From positions 1-20,764 of the forward strand of contig CAXGWI010000054.1 in the NCBI GenBank assembly GCA_964013405.1: a DNA stretch of 20,764 bases, in the 5' to 3' direction. Below are positions 1-11,331 of this stretch, in pieces. The notes beneath the pieces are model-generated. The model saw only the letters and a program-made list of their open reading frames with translations, was not told where the DNA came from and did no database searches. Position 1 is the first letter of the stretch. Each line of letters starts with the position of its first letter. This DNA is from an uncultured Myxococcales bacterium (GTDB lineage Bacteria > Myxococcota > UBA4151). The position numbers were made by a program, and so were the translations under genes.

Positions 1-295
1 TCTTCGAAGGTTGCGGCAACACCCGGGTCGACGATGGCGAGGAATGCGACGACGGGAATCGAATCGATGAAGACGGCTGCCGGGCCGATTGCACCGAAGC
101 CCGCTGCGGCGATGGCGTCGTTCGCATCGATATCGAAGACCCCGAAGACGATGCCTATGAGGAATGTGACGACGGCAATGATGCCGACGCGGACGAATGC
201 CTCAACAGTTGCCGGGAAGCCCGCTGCGGCGATGGCGTGCTGCGGGAGGACTTAGAAGATGGCGAGCCCGGCTTCGAGGTCTGCGACGATGGCAA
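1..295 (+). repeat. Direct repeat, copy 1 (copy 2 at 1929-2223)
   Basis: Manual alignment at offset 1928: 1-172 has 3 mismatches, 173-233 has about 20 of 61, and 234-295 has 2. Confidence 0.9.
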
Positions 296-917
296 CGATG
301 ACATGACGGATGACTGTGTCGGCCTGTGTGTCGCCGCCCAGTGTGGTGATGGCTACATCCAGGAAAACGTCGAGGAATGTGACGACGCGGATGACGACAA
401 CGACAACAACTGCGCCAACGACTGCACCGCCAACTTCGAGGCTTGGAGCGGCTTTCGGGAAAATGTTCCGCTGGCCAGCTTCACCGACACCGGTTGGTCG
501 ATTTGTCACCGGGGCACGTATGCCGAGGTCGGCGGCAATCTTCAGCAGGTGATCAACAACTGTCAGGGCAGCCTGATGATGCTGGCCTGTAAGCAGACCA
601 ACTCCGAGACAGTGCAGTTGGCGGCCTATGCCAGCAAAGCCGAAGTGACCCGCAACGTGGGTAATGGTCGAGACGCCCACCATGTCGCCAATGGAGTCGG
701 CTGGTACTATAGCCCAGGCTATTCATGGGGTTTCTTCGCCCCTGGCACCGGCTTGAGTCGGAGTTCCTGTGATACGGCCGGAGGCCAAGCTCAGCATCGA
801 CTCTGCTGGCACACCTCTGGCGGTGCCTGGCACCCGGTTGGGGGCTACCGTTGTGGCACCCGAACCGGCCTGAATCGAAACGCAACCTACGAAAAGCTCA
901 TCTTGGTGGCCCAATGA
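3..917 (+). CDS. Myxococcus cysteine-rich repeat (DUF4215-like) surface protein, 5' partial, with a ~160-aa C-terminal tip domain
   Basis: The frame is open from base 3 ([19 protein letters not shown]...), so the ORF-track start at 237 is internal. Four CG(D/N)x..CDD(G/A)..C...C repeats run to ~425, then a globular domain follows. The TGA at 915-917 overlaps the next ATG (ATGA). Confidence 0.88.
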   Translation, partial: FEGCGNTRVDDGEECDDGNRIDEDGCRADCTEARCGDGVVRIDIEDPEDDAYEECDDGNDADADECLNSCREARCGDGVLREDLEDGEPGFEVCDDGNDDMTDDCVGLCVAAQCGDGYIQENVEECDDADDDNDNNCANDCTANFEAWSGFRENVPLASFTDTGWSICHRGTYAEVGGNLQQVINNCQGSLMMLACKQTNSETVQLAAYASKAEVTRNVGNGRDAHHVANGVGWYYSPGYSWGFFAPGTGLSRSSCDTAGGQAQHRLCWHTSGGAWHPVGGYRCGTRTGLNRNATYEKLILVAQ

Positions 918-2641
918 TCCGATCAACAGTCCTTCTTAGTTTCCTCTTCCTGGCCGCCTGTGGTGGCGATGATCCCGTCAATCCCGATGACCCGCAGCGC
1001 CCCGATCTCTGTGGCAACGAGGTCATCGACGAGGGTGAAGGCTGTGATGACGGCAACGACGATGACTTCGACGCCTGTCGGAACAACTGCGCCGCCGCCA
1101 AATGTGGCGATGGGGTCACCCGAGCCGACCTTGAAGCCGGCAATGCCAACTACGAAGCCTGCGATGACGGCAACCAGGACCAACAGGACAGTTGCCTCAA
1201 TGATTGCACCCCAGCCCGCTGCGGCGACGGCATTCAGCAAGGGGACGAAGAATGCGATGACGGCAATGAAAACGCCGGCGATGGCTGCTCCAACCAGTGC
1301 GAAACGGTAGGCTGTGGTGATGGCCGGGTCAGCGAGGCCAGCGGTGAGCGCTGTGATGATGGCAACGAGATCGAAACCGACGATTGCACCAGTCGGTGCC
1401 AGCCCGCTCGCTGCGGCGATGGTTACGTCTGGGAGGGCAACGAAGCCTGCGATGATGGCAACCGCCGGGATGGCGATGCCTGCACCAATGACTGCCAGGT
1501 GGCAGCCTGCGGTGATGGTGTTGTGCGCACCGATGAAGAAGCCCCCGAGGAGTGCGATGACGCCAACGTCGTCGATGGGGATGGCTGCGATGCATTGTGC
1601 CGGATCGAGGTATGCGGCAACGGCCGAATCGAAGGAGCCGAGGTCTGTGATGACGGTAATGACAGCGAATACGATGGCTGCCGTAACGCCTGCATCTTGG
1701 CTGCCTGTGGCGATGGGATCGTCCGCCTCGACTTAGAAGAAGGAGCCGAAGGCTTTGAGGAATGCGACGACGCCAACGAGGTCGAGACCGATGCATGCCA
1801 TGGGGATTGTAGCCTGGCATCCTGCGGTGATGGCGTCCTGCGAGAAGGACTCGGTCCGGCCGATGCAGGCTTTGAGGAATGCGATGATGGCAACGTCGAG
1901 GCCGGTGACGGCTGCGATGGTGTCTGTCTCTTCGAAGGTTGCGGCAACACCCGGGTCGACGATGGCGAGGAATGCGACGACGGCAATCGAATCGATGAAG
2001 ACGGCTGCCGGGCCGATTGCACCGAAGCCCGCTGCGGTGATGGCGTCGTTCGCATCGATATCGAAGACCCCGAAGACGAAGCCTATGAGGAATGTGACGA
2101 TGCGAACGAAAACAACGTCGACGACTGCCTCAACAACTGTCGAGAGGCACTCTGTGGCGACGGCGTGCTGCGGGAGGACCTAGAAGAAGGCGAGCCCGGC
2201 TTCGAGGTCTGCGACGATGGCAATGGCAGCATGGAGGACGCCTGTGTCGGCGATTGTGTGGAAGCCTTCTGTGGGGACGGCTGGGTCCAGGAAGGCGTTG
2301 AAGAGTGCGATGACGGCAACGACGAGGATGGGGACGGCTGCCGAGCCAATTGTACGAATGAATCCGTTAACATCACAGGTGGGCGCCAACACGCCTATGG
2401 CCACCACGGGGCATGTAACGGCTGGAATGGCTGCCAAAATGCGCAGACCTGCGCCAACTGGGCCTGCAACCTCGAAGGCCACGGCAATGCGGTCAGTTTC
2501 GATGTTGCTACCCACAATTGTGCTGCCAATATTCCCAACTGGCACCTGTTCCGCAGCCGCGGAAACATTCACAGGAATTGGACCAACAACTGCAACTGGT
2601 GCCCTCTGCAGGGTGTCACCAACATCATGTGCACGCCCTAG
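914..2641 (+). CDS. Myxococcus cysteine-rich repeat (DUF4215-like) lipoprotein with 13 repeats and a ~95-aa Cys-rich C-terminal tip
   Basis: ATG at 914 is coupled to the upstream stop. [16 protein letters not shown] is a signal peptide with a lipobox. Thirteen CG(D/N)x...CDD(G/A)N...C...C units span 1010-2353, followed by a distinct C-terminal domain. Confidence 0.9.
   Translation: MIRSTVLLSFLFLAACGGDDPVNPDDPQRPDLCGNEVIDEGEGCDDGNDDDFDACRNNCAAAKCGDGVTRADLEAGNANYEACDDGNQDQQDSCLNDCTPARCGDGIQQGDEECDDGNENAGDGCSNQCETVGCGDGRVSEASGERCDDGNEIETDDCTSRCQPARCGDGYVWEGNEACDDGNRRDGDACTNDCQVAACGDGVVRTDEEAPEECDDANVVDGDGCDALCRIEVCGNGRIEGAEVCDDGNDSEYDGCRNACILAACGDGIVRLDLEEGAEGFEECDDANEVETDACHGDCSLASCGDGVLREGLGPADAGFEECDDGNVEAGDGCDGVCLFEGCGNTRVDDGEECDDGNRIDEDGCRADCTEARCGDGVVRIDIEDPEDEAYEECDDANENNVDDCLNNCREALCGDGVLREDLEEGEPGFEVCDDGNGSMEDACVGDCVEAFCGDGWVQEGVEECDDGNDEDGDGCRANCTNESVNITGGRQHAYGHHGACNGWNGCQNAQTCANWACNLEGHGNAVSFDVATHNCAANIPNWHLFRSRGNIHRNWTNNCNWCPLQGVTNIMCTP
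1010..2353 (+). repeat. Coding tandem array of 13 Cys/Asp-rich repeats
   Basis: Counted by eye from the translation. Short and long units alternate, and units 7-9 and 10-12 form a short-long-long super-repeat. Confidence 0.85.
1929..2223 (+). repeat. Direct repeat, copy 2 (copy 1 at 1-295)
   Basis: Same manual alignment as copy 1. Confidence 0.9.
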
Positions 2642-2665
2642 ACGAAAAGGTCGGATTCTTTTGCT

Positions 2666-3808
2666 GTGATCAATCTGGGCTCGGAACTTCAACGCATCGC
2701 GTCGCTTGGGTTCCTCCTCGGGTTGGGTGGTCTCGCCTGTGCTGACAGCGAATTCGAGCATACGGAAACGAGAGAGGCTCCTGCTGCGGAGCTTGAGCTT
2801 GCCGTCTCAGGCGATGAGAAGATCATTCGAACCCCTCGGCTACCTCCGGTAAACCGACCAGCGGAACCCCTGAGCCCAACCGTGGAGGTCCTCCGGGTGA
2901 CGGCGACCAGCGCCGATATTGTTTTCGGTGTTCCCCCCGACACTGTCGAAGTCCATTATGGACTTCGCGAGGCCAACCAGGATCGGTTTCAGTGGCATGT
3001 AGAGACTTGGACTGGGCAGCCGGAACCAGACCCTATCTACACCTTCGCACCCCTCATCCCAGCGCAGAACTATGCATTGCAACTGAAGGTTCGAAGGCAA
3101 GATGGGCAAGAGTCCACGAGTCATATTCTGGCTTTTGAAACCCAACAGGAAAACCCACCGAATCGACTCCGGTTCTTGGCACCCAACATGGCGGGACAGA
3201 TCCCCATCGCATGGGATGAGATCCCCGGTGCCTCCCACTATGAAATTTATCGAACCCAGCGGCAACAGGACGGTCTCGATTTTTACGACCCCTGCCCCGA
3301 GTCTCCCCCATTAGGGGAGCCATTGTTGACCCTATCAGGCGAGCTCCAAACCGTGGATGAGACCGTCGAGCCAGGATTTTTCTATGGTTACATCGTTGTC
3401 GGAATCGCTCGAAATGGCCTTGAGGTTTCGCGCCTTAACTGTCGGTGGCGAGCCTCTCCACTTCATCGGCCCGAAGACCTTCAGGCCCAGGGACGTCAAG
3501 ATGGCCAGATTGAAGTCAGCTGGCAGCCCTCAAATCAAAATGCCGATTCCCTGCATGCCGTTTGGTTTCACATCGAATACCGAGCTGGGCTCAATGGTAT
3601 TGTTGAGGTTGTTCCGATCAACCAAAGTCATCCTGGACCAATTCTGATTCCCTCGATTGATCGAACCGAAACGCATTTCATCGAAGTTTCGGCTTACCCT
3701 TCGATTTCCGGTGAGGGGGTCGATGACGCAATTCGGTTTCAACAAATGGGTTGTCAGTGCCGTGACTTCTGGAGTGCACGAATCCAGACTGAGGTCTCCC
3801 CGTTTTAA
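2666..3808 (+). CDS. Putative lipoprotein with fibronectin type III-like beta-sandwich domains
   Basis: GTG start, hydrophobic stretch and lipobox-like GGLAC. FN3-like patterns: VTATSADIVF..YTFAPLIPAQNYALQLKV, IAWDEIPGASHYEIYR..VEPGFFYGYIVVG, and PEDLQAQ..IEVSWQP..FHIEYR. Confidence 0.65.
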   Translation: MINLGSELQRIASLGFLLGLGGLACADSEFEHTETREAPAAELELAVSGDEKIIRTPRLPPVNRPAEPLSPTVEVLRVTATSADIVFGVPPDTVEVHYGLREANQDRFQWHVETWTGQPEPDPIYTFAPLIPAQNYALQLKVRRQDGQESTSHILAFETQQENPPNRLRFLAPNMAGQIPIAWDEIPGASHYEIYRTQRQQDGLDFYDPCPESPPLGEPLLTLSGELQTVDETVEPGFFYGYIVVGIARNGLEVSRLNCRWRASPLHRPEDLQAQGRQDGQIEVSWQPSNQNADSLHAVWFHIEYRAGLNGIVEVVPINQSHPGPILIPSIDRTETHFIEVSAYPSISGEGVDDAIRFQQMGCQCRDFWSARIQTEVSPF

Positions 3809-3827
3809 GAAGGGGCTGAAAGCTGGC

Positions 3828-5672
3828 TCAAGATCCCGAGAGGGAGCCATCCGGCCCGATCTGGCCGTTTTCTATCTCGGCAACAATCACTTCCATGAGC
3901 GGTAGCAACTCGCCCTGGAGGACCTCGACCTTCTTTGCACCAAAGCCGTGGACAGCTGCGAGTTCCCCCACCGTGGTTGGTCGAATCTTTGCGAGGTGGG
4001 TCAAGCTCCGATCCGAGGCCACCACATAGGCCGGCTTACCCCAGCTTCTGGCCAATTCACGGCGCCAATCCCGAAGCCGCTCGAAAACGGTCTCCTCAAG
4101 TCGGCTCATGCTGACCTTCGTCGCTGACTTCGAACGGGGACGGGATCGGGGAGCTAGGGGCATCGCCAAAGGTGGGCAGTTGACCGCAACTTTCGGTCCT
4201 AACTGGATCACAGGAAAACCGTTCTGCTCCCCGCTTGCGAGCACTTCGTGGGTTACCAACTGGTCGATCAACTCCACCACACCCTTTTCGCCATATCCCT
4301 TCAAAGCCCCATGAAAGCCGCTGTTTTGGTGCCGCCACTTCAAGATACGCTCAGCCTTTGAACCGGCCAGGACCCCTGCGAGGTGCCCGCGCCCAAACCG
4401 CCCTCCAAGTTCCGCAACCAGGCCGGTCGTCACCCGCACGACCGCCGCGGCATCCGGGCCCTCAATCACCTCGGTCTCCCCACGGCACACATCGCAAGAT
4501 GAGCCACAATCCCCACCCTCGATGGCCTGTCCAAAGTGCTCGGAGATCTGGCGGTGTCGACAGCGCGGAGTTCGAGCAAACTGCCCCATCCGCTTTAAGG
4601 CCTGCTCGAGACTACGGCGGCGATCCGGCGGCGGATTTTCTTTGTTCATAAAGAAATAAGCGAGACCCACTTCGTCTTGCCCAAAGAGGAGAATACAGTC
4701 GGCAGGCAACCCATCTCGACCAGCTCTGCCGGCTTCTTGAACATAGGCTTCTAGGGAATCTGGCGAAGCCGCATGAATCACAAAGCGTACATCGGGACGG
4801 TCGATCCCCATGCCAAAAGCGATGGTTGCAAAAACAATGTCTAACTCATCCCCAAGAAAACGCCGGAGTGTTTCCCGCTTCAGGTCACCGGACAGGCCCG
4901 CATGAAAGGGGGCACAGTTGATGCCCTGAGCAGCAAAGTACTCGGCGAGTTCTTCGGCCTGCTTGCGCTTTCGACAATAAACGATGCCGCAAGTCCCCTG
5001 GCGCTCGCTGAGTAACTGGGAGAGTTGGGCTTTCAAGTCGCGCCGGGCCTGGGCCCTGAAGATCAGATTCGATCGGTAAACAGGGGCTGAGACCTGCTCG
5101 GGCTGGCGCAGTTCCAACTGCTTAGCGATGTCTTTAGCGACCTTGGGTGTGGCGGTGGCCGTGAGGGCCATCCGTGGGCACGGCAGATCCCGCAACAGCG
5201 TCGCCAATTGACGGTACTCGGGCCGGAAATCATGGCCCCAGGTAGAGATGCAATGGGCCTCATCCACGGCCACCAGCGCCGGGGGGCGCTCTTGCAGGTC
5301 CTGAAGGAGACGGGTTTGAACCAGACGCTCAGGGGACGTGTAGAGGAGTTGGATGTGGCCGGCGACGTAGTCTTGGACAATCTGCCATTGCGCTGATCCC
5401 GGTTGGTCCGAGTGCAATGCCGCGGCAGAGACCGCCTGCCGGGCCGCTTGAACCTGATCCTCCATCAACGCGATGAGCGGGCTGACAACGAGGACGGGCC
5501 CGGCGCCGAGCAAGGCGGGCAACTGATAACAAATGGATTTCCCACCGCCCGTCGGCAACACGACGAGCGCATCACGACCGGCCAAGGCAGCCTCTACCGC
5601 TCGACGCTGAGATGGACGCAATGAGGGGAAGCCCCAACCCCACTGAAGGGCATCATTGAGCCGGTCCGCCAT
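3828..5672 (-). CDS. recQ: ATP-dependent DNA helicase RecQ
   Basis: Helicase motifs [50 protein letters not shown] and [10 protein letters not shown]; Zn motif [10 protein letters not shown]; winged-helix and C-terminal HRDC ([14 protein letters not shown]). SD-like AGGGGAG lies 8 nt upstream of the ATG. Confidence 0.96.
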   Translation of the reverse strand: MADRLNDALQWGWGFPSLRPSQRRAVEAALAGRDALVVLPTGGGKSICYQLPALLGAGPVLVVSPLIALMEDQVQAARQAVSAAALHSDQPGSAQWQIVQDYVAGHIQLLYTSPERLVQTRLLQDLQERPPALVAVDEAHCISTWGHDFRPEYRQLATLLRDLPCPRMALTATATPKVAKDIAKQLELRQPEQVSAPVYRSNLIFRAQARRDLKAQLSQLLSERQGTCGIVYCRKRKQAEELAEYFAAQGINCAPFHAGLSGDLKRETLRRFLGDELDIVFATIAFGMGIDRPDVRFVIHAASPDSLEAYVQEAGRAGRDGLPADCILLFGQDEVGLAYFFMNKENPPPDRRRSLEQALKRMGQFARTPRCRHRQISEHFGQAIEGGDCGSSCDVCRGETEVIEGPDAAAVVRVTTGLVAELGGRFGRGHLAGVLAGSKAERILKWRHQNSGFHGALKGYGEKGVVELIDQLVTHEVLASGEQNGFPVIQLGPKVAVNCPPLAMPLAPRSRPRSKSATKVSMSRLEETVFERLRDWRRELARSWGKPAYVVASDRSLTHLAKIRPTTVGELAAVHGFGAKKVEVLQGELLPLMEVIVAEIENGQIGPDGSLSGS

Positions 5673-5682
5673 GGCGCTTACT

Positions 5683-5710
5683 CCCCTGCGGTCGGTAACA
5701 TAAGCAGGGG
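5683..5710 (-). promoter_or_regulatory. Inverted repeat overlapping the recQ ribosome-binding site
   Basis: CCCCTGC (5683-5689) and GCAGGGG (5704-5710) form a 7-bp stem with a 14-nt loop. On the - strand the 3' arm is the SD-like sequence. Confidence 0.3.
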
Positions 5711-5756
5711 GACTGACAACGGCTCAAGGGCGCTTTTCGACCGGGCCACCGTCGGG

Positions 5757-7166
5757 CTAGTCGTGGACGAAGAACTCCGTCGCCCGAGCCGCATTGCCGA
5801 AGCCGCGGCTTAAGCTGCCCTCGTTGAAGTTCCTGGCCCCGGCCTGGGCGATTTGCATTGCCCCTTCGCCGGGGCGAACCATCGCGATGTGACCAATGCC
5901 GCCAGGATTAAGCCAGCTGGCCACCACGGGCCTGCCCGTATTGGCCATGCGTTGTGCTTCTGCAGCGCTCACTTTGCGCCAGCCCTGACTCCGTCCCTGA
6001 TTCTCAAGCCAGCGATGGGTTGCGTTGGCATCCATTTCCCAAGCACCTCTGGCACCCACCTCCGCAGGCCGGCCCTGCTGGTCAACCCAGTGGGGGATCT
6101 CAGCGCCCATGGCCTTCGTGGCATCCCAGACGAAGATATTGCAGTAGGTGTTGCCGTTACGACGGGCGTAGCGCGGATTGTTGCCGACACTGAATTGATC
6201 GAGGACCGCATTGTAGTTGGCGACGCTCCGATCGCCGGGCTGGTTCGTCCGAGGCGCGTCCACCGGCAACCAGGCCCGCGTGTCGGTGGTGCCCGATGCC
6301 GCCTGCGTTCTATTGGTTTGCACGACAGGTTGCGGTGGTTCCTCACCAGCCAGGGCTCGCCGTAATGCCCCTTGGGTTTGCGGGCCCACCACGCCGTCAA
6401 CGCCGAGATTCCAGGCCCGTTGAAAGGCTTTCACGCTTCGATCGGTCAGGCGACCAAACATGCCGGTGCCCTGGTTCATCTCTTCGGTGGTCATATAGCC
6501 CGTGTCTACGAGAGCCTTCTGCAGGCCGGCGACATCGGGGCCGATGTTGCCCCACTTCAAGGTCCGGGTCGGCACGGCCGCCTGGGTTTCTCCCACCGGG
6601 GCTGGAGCCTCGGGGCGGGGAGCGGGCGCAGCCTGACCGGTCCCAAGTGCTGCACGGGTCCGAGGTCCGACCACCCCGTCCACCGCCAATTGGTGATCTC
6701 GTTGGAAGCGAGTCACCGCTGCTTCGGTCCGCGGCCCAAAGAGACCGGGCCCCGTTCGGCGCTGGGCTTCCGTCATATAGCCGAGTTCTGTGAGTCTACT
6801 CTGAAGGGCCGCAATATCCGGCCCGCGCTGGCCCCGGCGCATCAGACGCTGGTTCGGGTTGTTCTGGAATCGGGCCCATTCGGCACCCCGACCCCCACCC
6901 GTAGCCTCGGTTAAGTTCTCCAAGGCGCTGCCGCTAGGTGCCGGCGAAGCGGCCCCAGCCTGGCCCGGCAAGGTCAGAACTTGGCCGACGTGAAGTAAGT
7001 TGGGGTTCTGAATCTGTGGATTCGCATCAAGGAGTTGTTGCGTGGTCAGGCCATGGCGCCGAGCAATCTTGCTGAGATTGTCTCCAGCGCGCACTGTATA
7101 CTGATTGTCCTGGGGCTGGGGCTGACGGCGAGCGGGTCCAGAACCAATGGGATTCAGGTGGGGCAT
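5757..7166 (-). CDS. LysM + two peptidoglycan-binding (PG_binding_1) domains + C-terminal CHAP/NlpC-like Cys-His hydrolase
   Basis: LysM: YTVRAGDNLSKIARRHG..NPQIQNPNLLHVGQVLTLP. Two copies of G(P)D(I/V)..LQ..L...GY..FQ....L.VDGVVGP.T. Catalytic-like TYCNIF (C342) and GHIAMV (H426). SD-like AAGGAAG upstream. Confidence 0.85.
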   Translation of the reverse strand: MPHLNPIGSGPARRQPQPQDNQYTVRAGDNLSKIARRHGLTTQQLLDANPQIQNPNLLHVGQVLTLPGQAGAASPAPSGSALENLTEATGGGRGAEWARFQNNPNQRLMRRGQRGPDIAALQSRLTELGYMTEAQRRTGPGLFGPRTEAAVTRFQRDHQLAVDGVVGPRTRAALGTGQAAPAPRPEAPAPVGETQAAVPTRTLKWGNIGPDVAGLQKALVDTGYMTTEEMNQGTGMFGRLTDRSVKAFQRAWNLGVDGVVGPQTQGALRRALAGEEPPQPVVQTNRTQAASGTTDTRAWLPVDAPRTNQPGDRSVANYNAVLDQFSVGNNPRYARRNGNTYCNIFVWDATKAMGAEIPHWVDQQGRPAEVGARGAWEMDANATHRWLENQGRSQGWRKVSAAEAQRMANTGRPVVASWLNPGGIGHIAMVRPGEGAMQIAQAGARNFNEGSLSRGFGNAARATEFFVHD

Positions 7167-7294
7167 AAGATCACTTCCTTCCTAACTGAGTGAAGCATGC
7201 CAGAACGGTCTTCGAAGTCCCCATCGGAATTAACGCGTAGCAACCCTCGGCCTGAGGTCCCGATAAACCCGGTCCCCCAGGACTATAGCTTCCT

Positions 7295-9006
7295 TTAGGT
7301 TAAGGTCCTCGGAATGCCACCCTCCACCACATTCACGATGGCTTCATGGACGAGGCGCTCGGAGTTAAACTCTCGGTGCTTAAGGCACCAAAGGCGCAGC
7401 ACTGCGAGCAAGGGACGTTCAGCTTTTCTTTCGAGGATTGCCGCGCCATCGACGGCGGCAAGCAACGTTTTCATGATGTGAACGGCAACGATGGGACGAA
7501 TCCCCGCATCCCGCACCGACGCATCGAGGAGCTGTTCCAACCAGTCATCACCGCCCTGGAGCAGGTGGGCGGCACCGGCGAGCACCCGGGATACGTCTCC
7601 GTTTTGAAGGCAGGCAAAGAAGGTTTCGGTATCCATCGGCTCCGCACAAGGCAGTGGTGAAAGCTCACCATCCAGCGGATGCATTCCCCAAACAAAACGA
7701 GCACAGAGAAAGAGGCAACGCAGGGCATCTTTGGGCTCGGCCATGCCCCGCTCGATGGCCTGATGGAAGGCCACCGACGTGGTGAGACAATGGGTCACAT
7801 TCAACCAATCATCCTGGAGGGTTGGGTCCCCGTCGAGGGCTTGATTAAACGCGAGCATGCGATGACTTGAGGCTAAGATCAGCGCCTGAGCGCCCTGCCG
7901 AGGCGTCAAACCGGCGTCGAGGGCCCGGACGAGGGCGTTCAATGCCTCCGTTTCGTCCGCCCCACCCCAGGCCTCAGCCAACACAACCACTCCATCGGGC
8001 TCAAGCCCCTCATTCTCCGACCACGTCCCCAAGCGTTGTCCGAGGGGCTCACAGGCCACCATCCATCGACGCCAAGGGGGCAAGGCATCATGACGCGTCC
8101 CATTGATGATGCCAACGAGCAGCCCCTCAAGAAGGTCTCCGAGCCGACCAAATTCCACACCATCAACGCTCGCACCATGAAGCAGTTCATCCACCTTCAC
8201 CAAGTAGATCAAAGGATGGCCAAAGCTGTAGAGATGATCGCTGCAAAGGGTAAAGAAGAGGGACCGTAGCACCGACCAATCCCCTTCTTGCCAAAGGCCG
8301 CGAAAGAGACCGACGGCTTGAGGGATATCCTCCTGCTCCACCGCTTGCCTCAAGGCCAATTGGGCATCATCAACAACGATGGCAGCATAGCTTGTGCGGC
8401 GGGGAAGCCGGATCCGATCGCGGGCCACCAGACGGGCCGAAATCAACAGGGGGAGCGCCATCTCCTCCCCCTCAAAGAGTCCCTCGTAGCGCAGCGCGTC
8501 CACCGCACCCGCAGTGGCATGACCCAATCCGTAGCGAGCATAGCTGGCGTCGATTCGACAGAGTTCAAAGGCCAATTGCCGGGGTGGCAGGCCGAAATGG
8601 AGGGCTCGGACCATATCTCTGGCCGCCTGGCCTACCCGCCCTTCGAGAAGTCCTTCTTCCAGGCTTCGAAGGGCTCTTTGCTGTTCCTTTTGGGGGTCCG
8701 GCGGGACCAACTCAACCTCAAGCCGACCTTCTTGAAGCCGCAGGGGGAAAGTACGGATGTCTTCATCCCCCATCAGGCATCGGCCGCTCTTCAGGTCGAA
8801 CTTAAAGTTGTGCCAAGCGCAGGTGACCGTGTGCTTTTGCACATACCCTTGCACCATGGCGTAACCCTCGTGGGGACAGCGGTTATCGATGGCGAAGAAC
8901 TCGTCCTCGGTGAGGCGAAAGATCGCCACCTGCTCACCGGCACGCCGAAAGGCTTTTGCCGAACCGATGGCGAGGCTCTCCGCCGGTGCGAGATCAACCC
9001 AATGAC

Positions 9007-9010
<4 letters not shown>
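7295..9010 (-). CDS. Rieske [2Fe-2S] (NirD/ferredoxin-like) domain fused to a ~460-aa all-helical repeat region
   Basis: Rieske ligands in CPH (C45, H47) and CAWH (C64, H67). The start overlaps the acs stop (ATGA, 9007-9010). Confidence 0.85.
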
Positions 9011-10938
<1,928 letters not shown>

Positions 10939-11013
10939 CTTGATTCTCTCCTGATCGCCGGGGGAAGAGAACACCGCAGTCGAGAGCCGTCAACGGGCCA
11001 AACAGGAGGGGAT

Positions 11014-11331
11014 ATGCGTCTAAGAACGCGGATCGAAACCAAACTCATCGAACAACTGAGCCCCTACCACCTGGAGTTGATCAACGAGAGTCACCAACAT
11101 TCGGTGCCGGCAAACAGTGAGACCCATTGGCGTGTCACCTTGGTGAGTGCCGCCTTCGAAGGCCAGGGCCTAGTGGCTCGACACCGGCTCATCTACGCTG
11201 CGCTGGGGGACGAGATGCGCGATGGGATCCACGCCCTTTCGATGGACCTGATGAGTCCCGCTGAGTTCGAGGCAACCGGTGGGCAACTCCCCCCGTCTCC
11301 ACTTTGCCGAGGTGGCTCAAAGCAGTCGTGA
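11014..11331 (+). CDS. bolA: BolA family protein
   Basis: LELINESHQHSVP..ETHW.V..VSAAFEG..LVARHRLIY..L......IHAL. ATG at 11014 follows AGGAGG (11004-11009); the ORF-track start at 10732 lies inside acs. Confidence 0.93.
   Translation: MRLRTRIETKLIEQLSPYHLELINESHQHSVPANSETHWRVTLVSAAFEGQGLVARHRLIYAALGDEMRDGIHALSMDLMSPAEFEATGGQLPPSPLCRGGSKQS

Noticed and set aside
1..2223. Duplicated segment as a diversity-generating retroelement template/variable pair
   Set aside because: Mismatches are not adenine-specific, both copies lie in coding stalks rather than at a C-terminal tip, and no reverse transcriptase is in the window.
1..2353. Recurring TGCGACGACGGCAAC / TGCGGCGATGGC motifs as a CRISPR array or non-coding repeat
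   Set aside because: The units are degenerate at third codon positions, stay in frame and encode CDDGN/CGDG protein repeats; spacing is irregular and no cas genes are present.
34..2669. Thr/Met/Ala-rich alternative-frame ORFs (e.g. 34-255, 960-1310, 1314-1736, 1755-2183) and Ser-rich antisense ORFs
   Set aside because: They are frame-shifted shadows of the GAC/GAT/GGC-rich repeat genes.
7167..7294. Possible sRNA, terminator or sigma-28/sigma-54 promoter in the spacer upstream of the LysM gene
   Set aside because: Only partial matches (TGGCAT without a -12 element; CCGATAA on the wrong strand) and no convincing stem followed by a U-tract.
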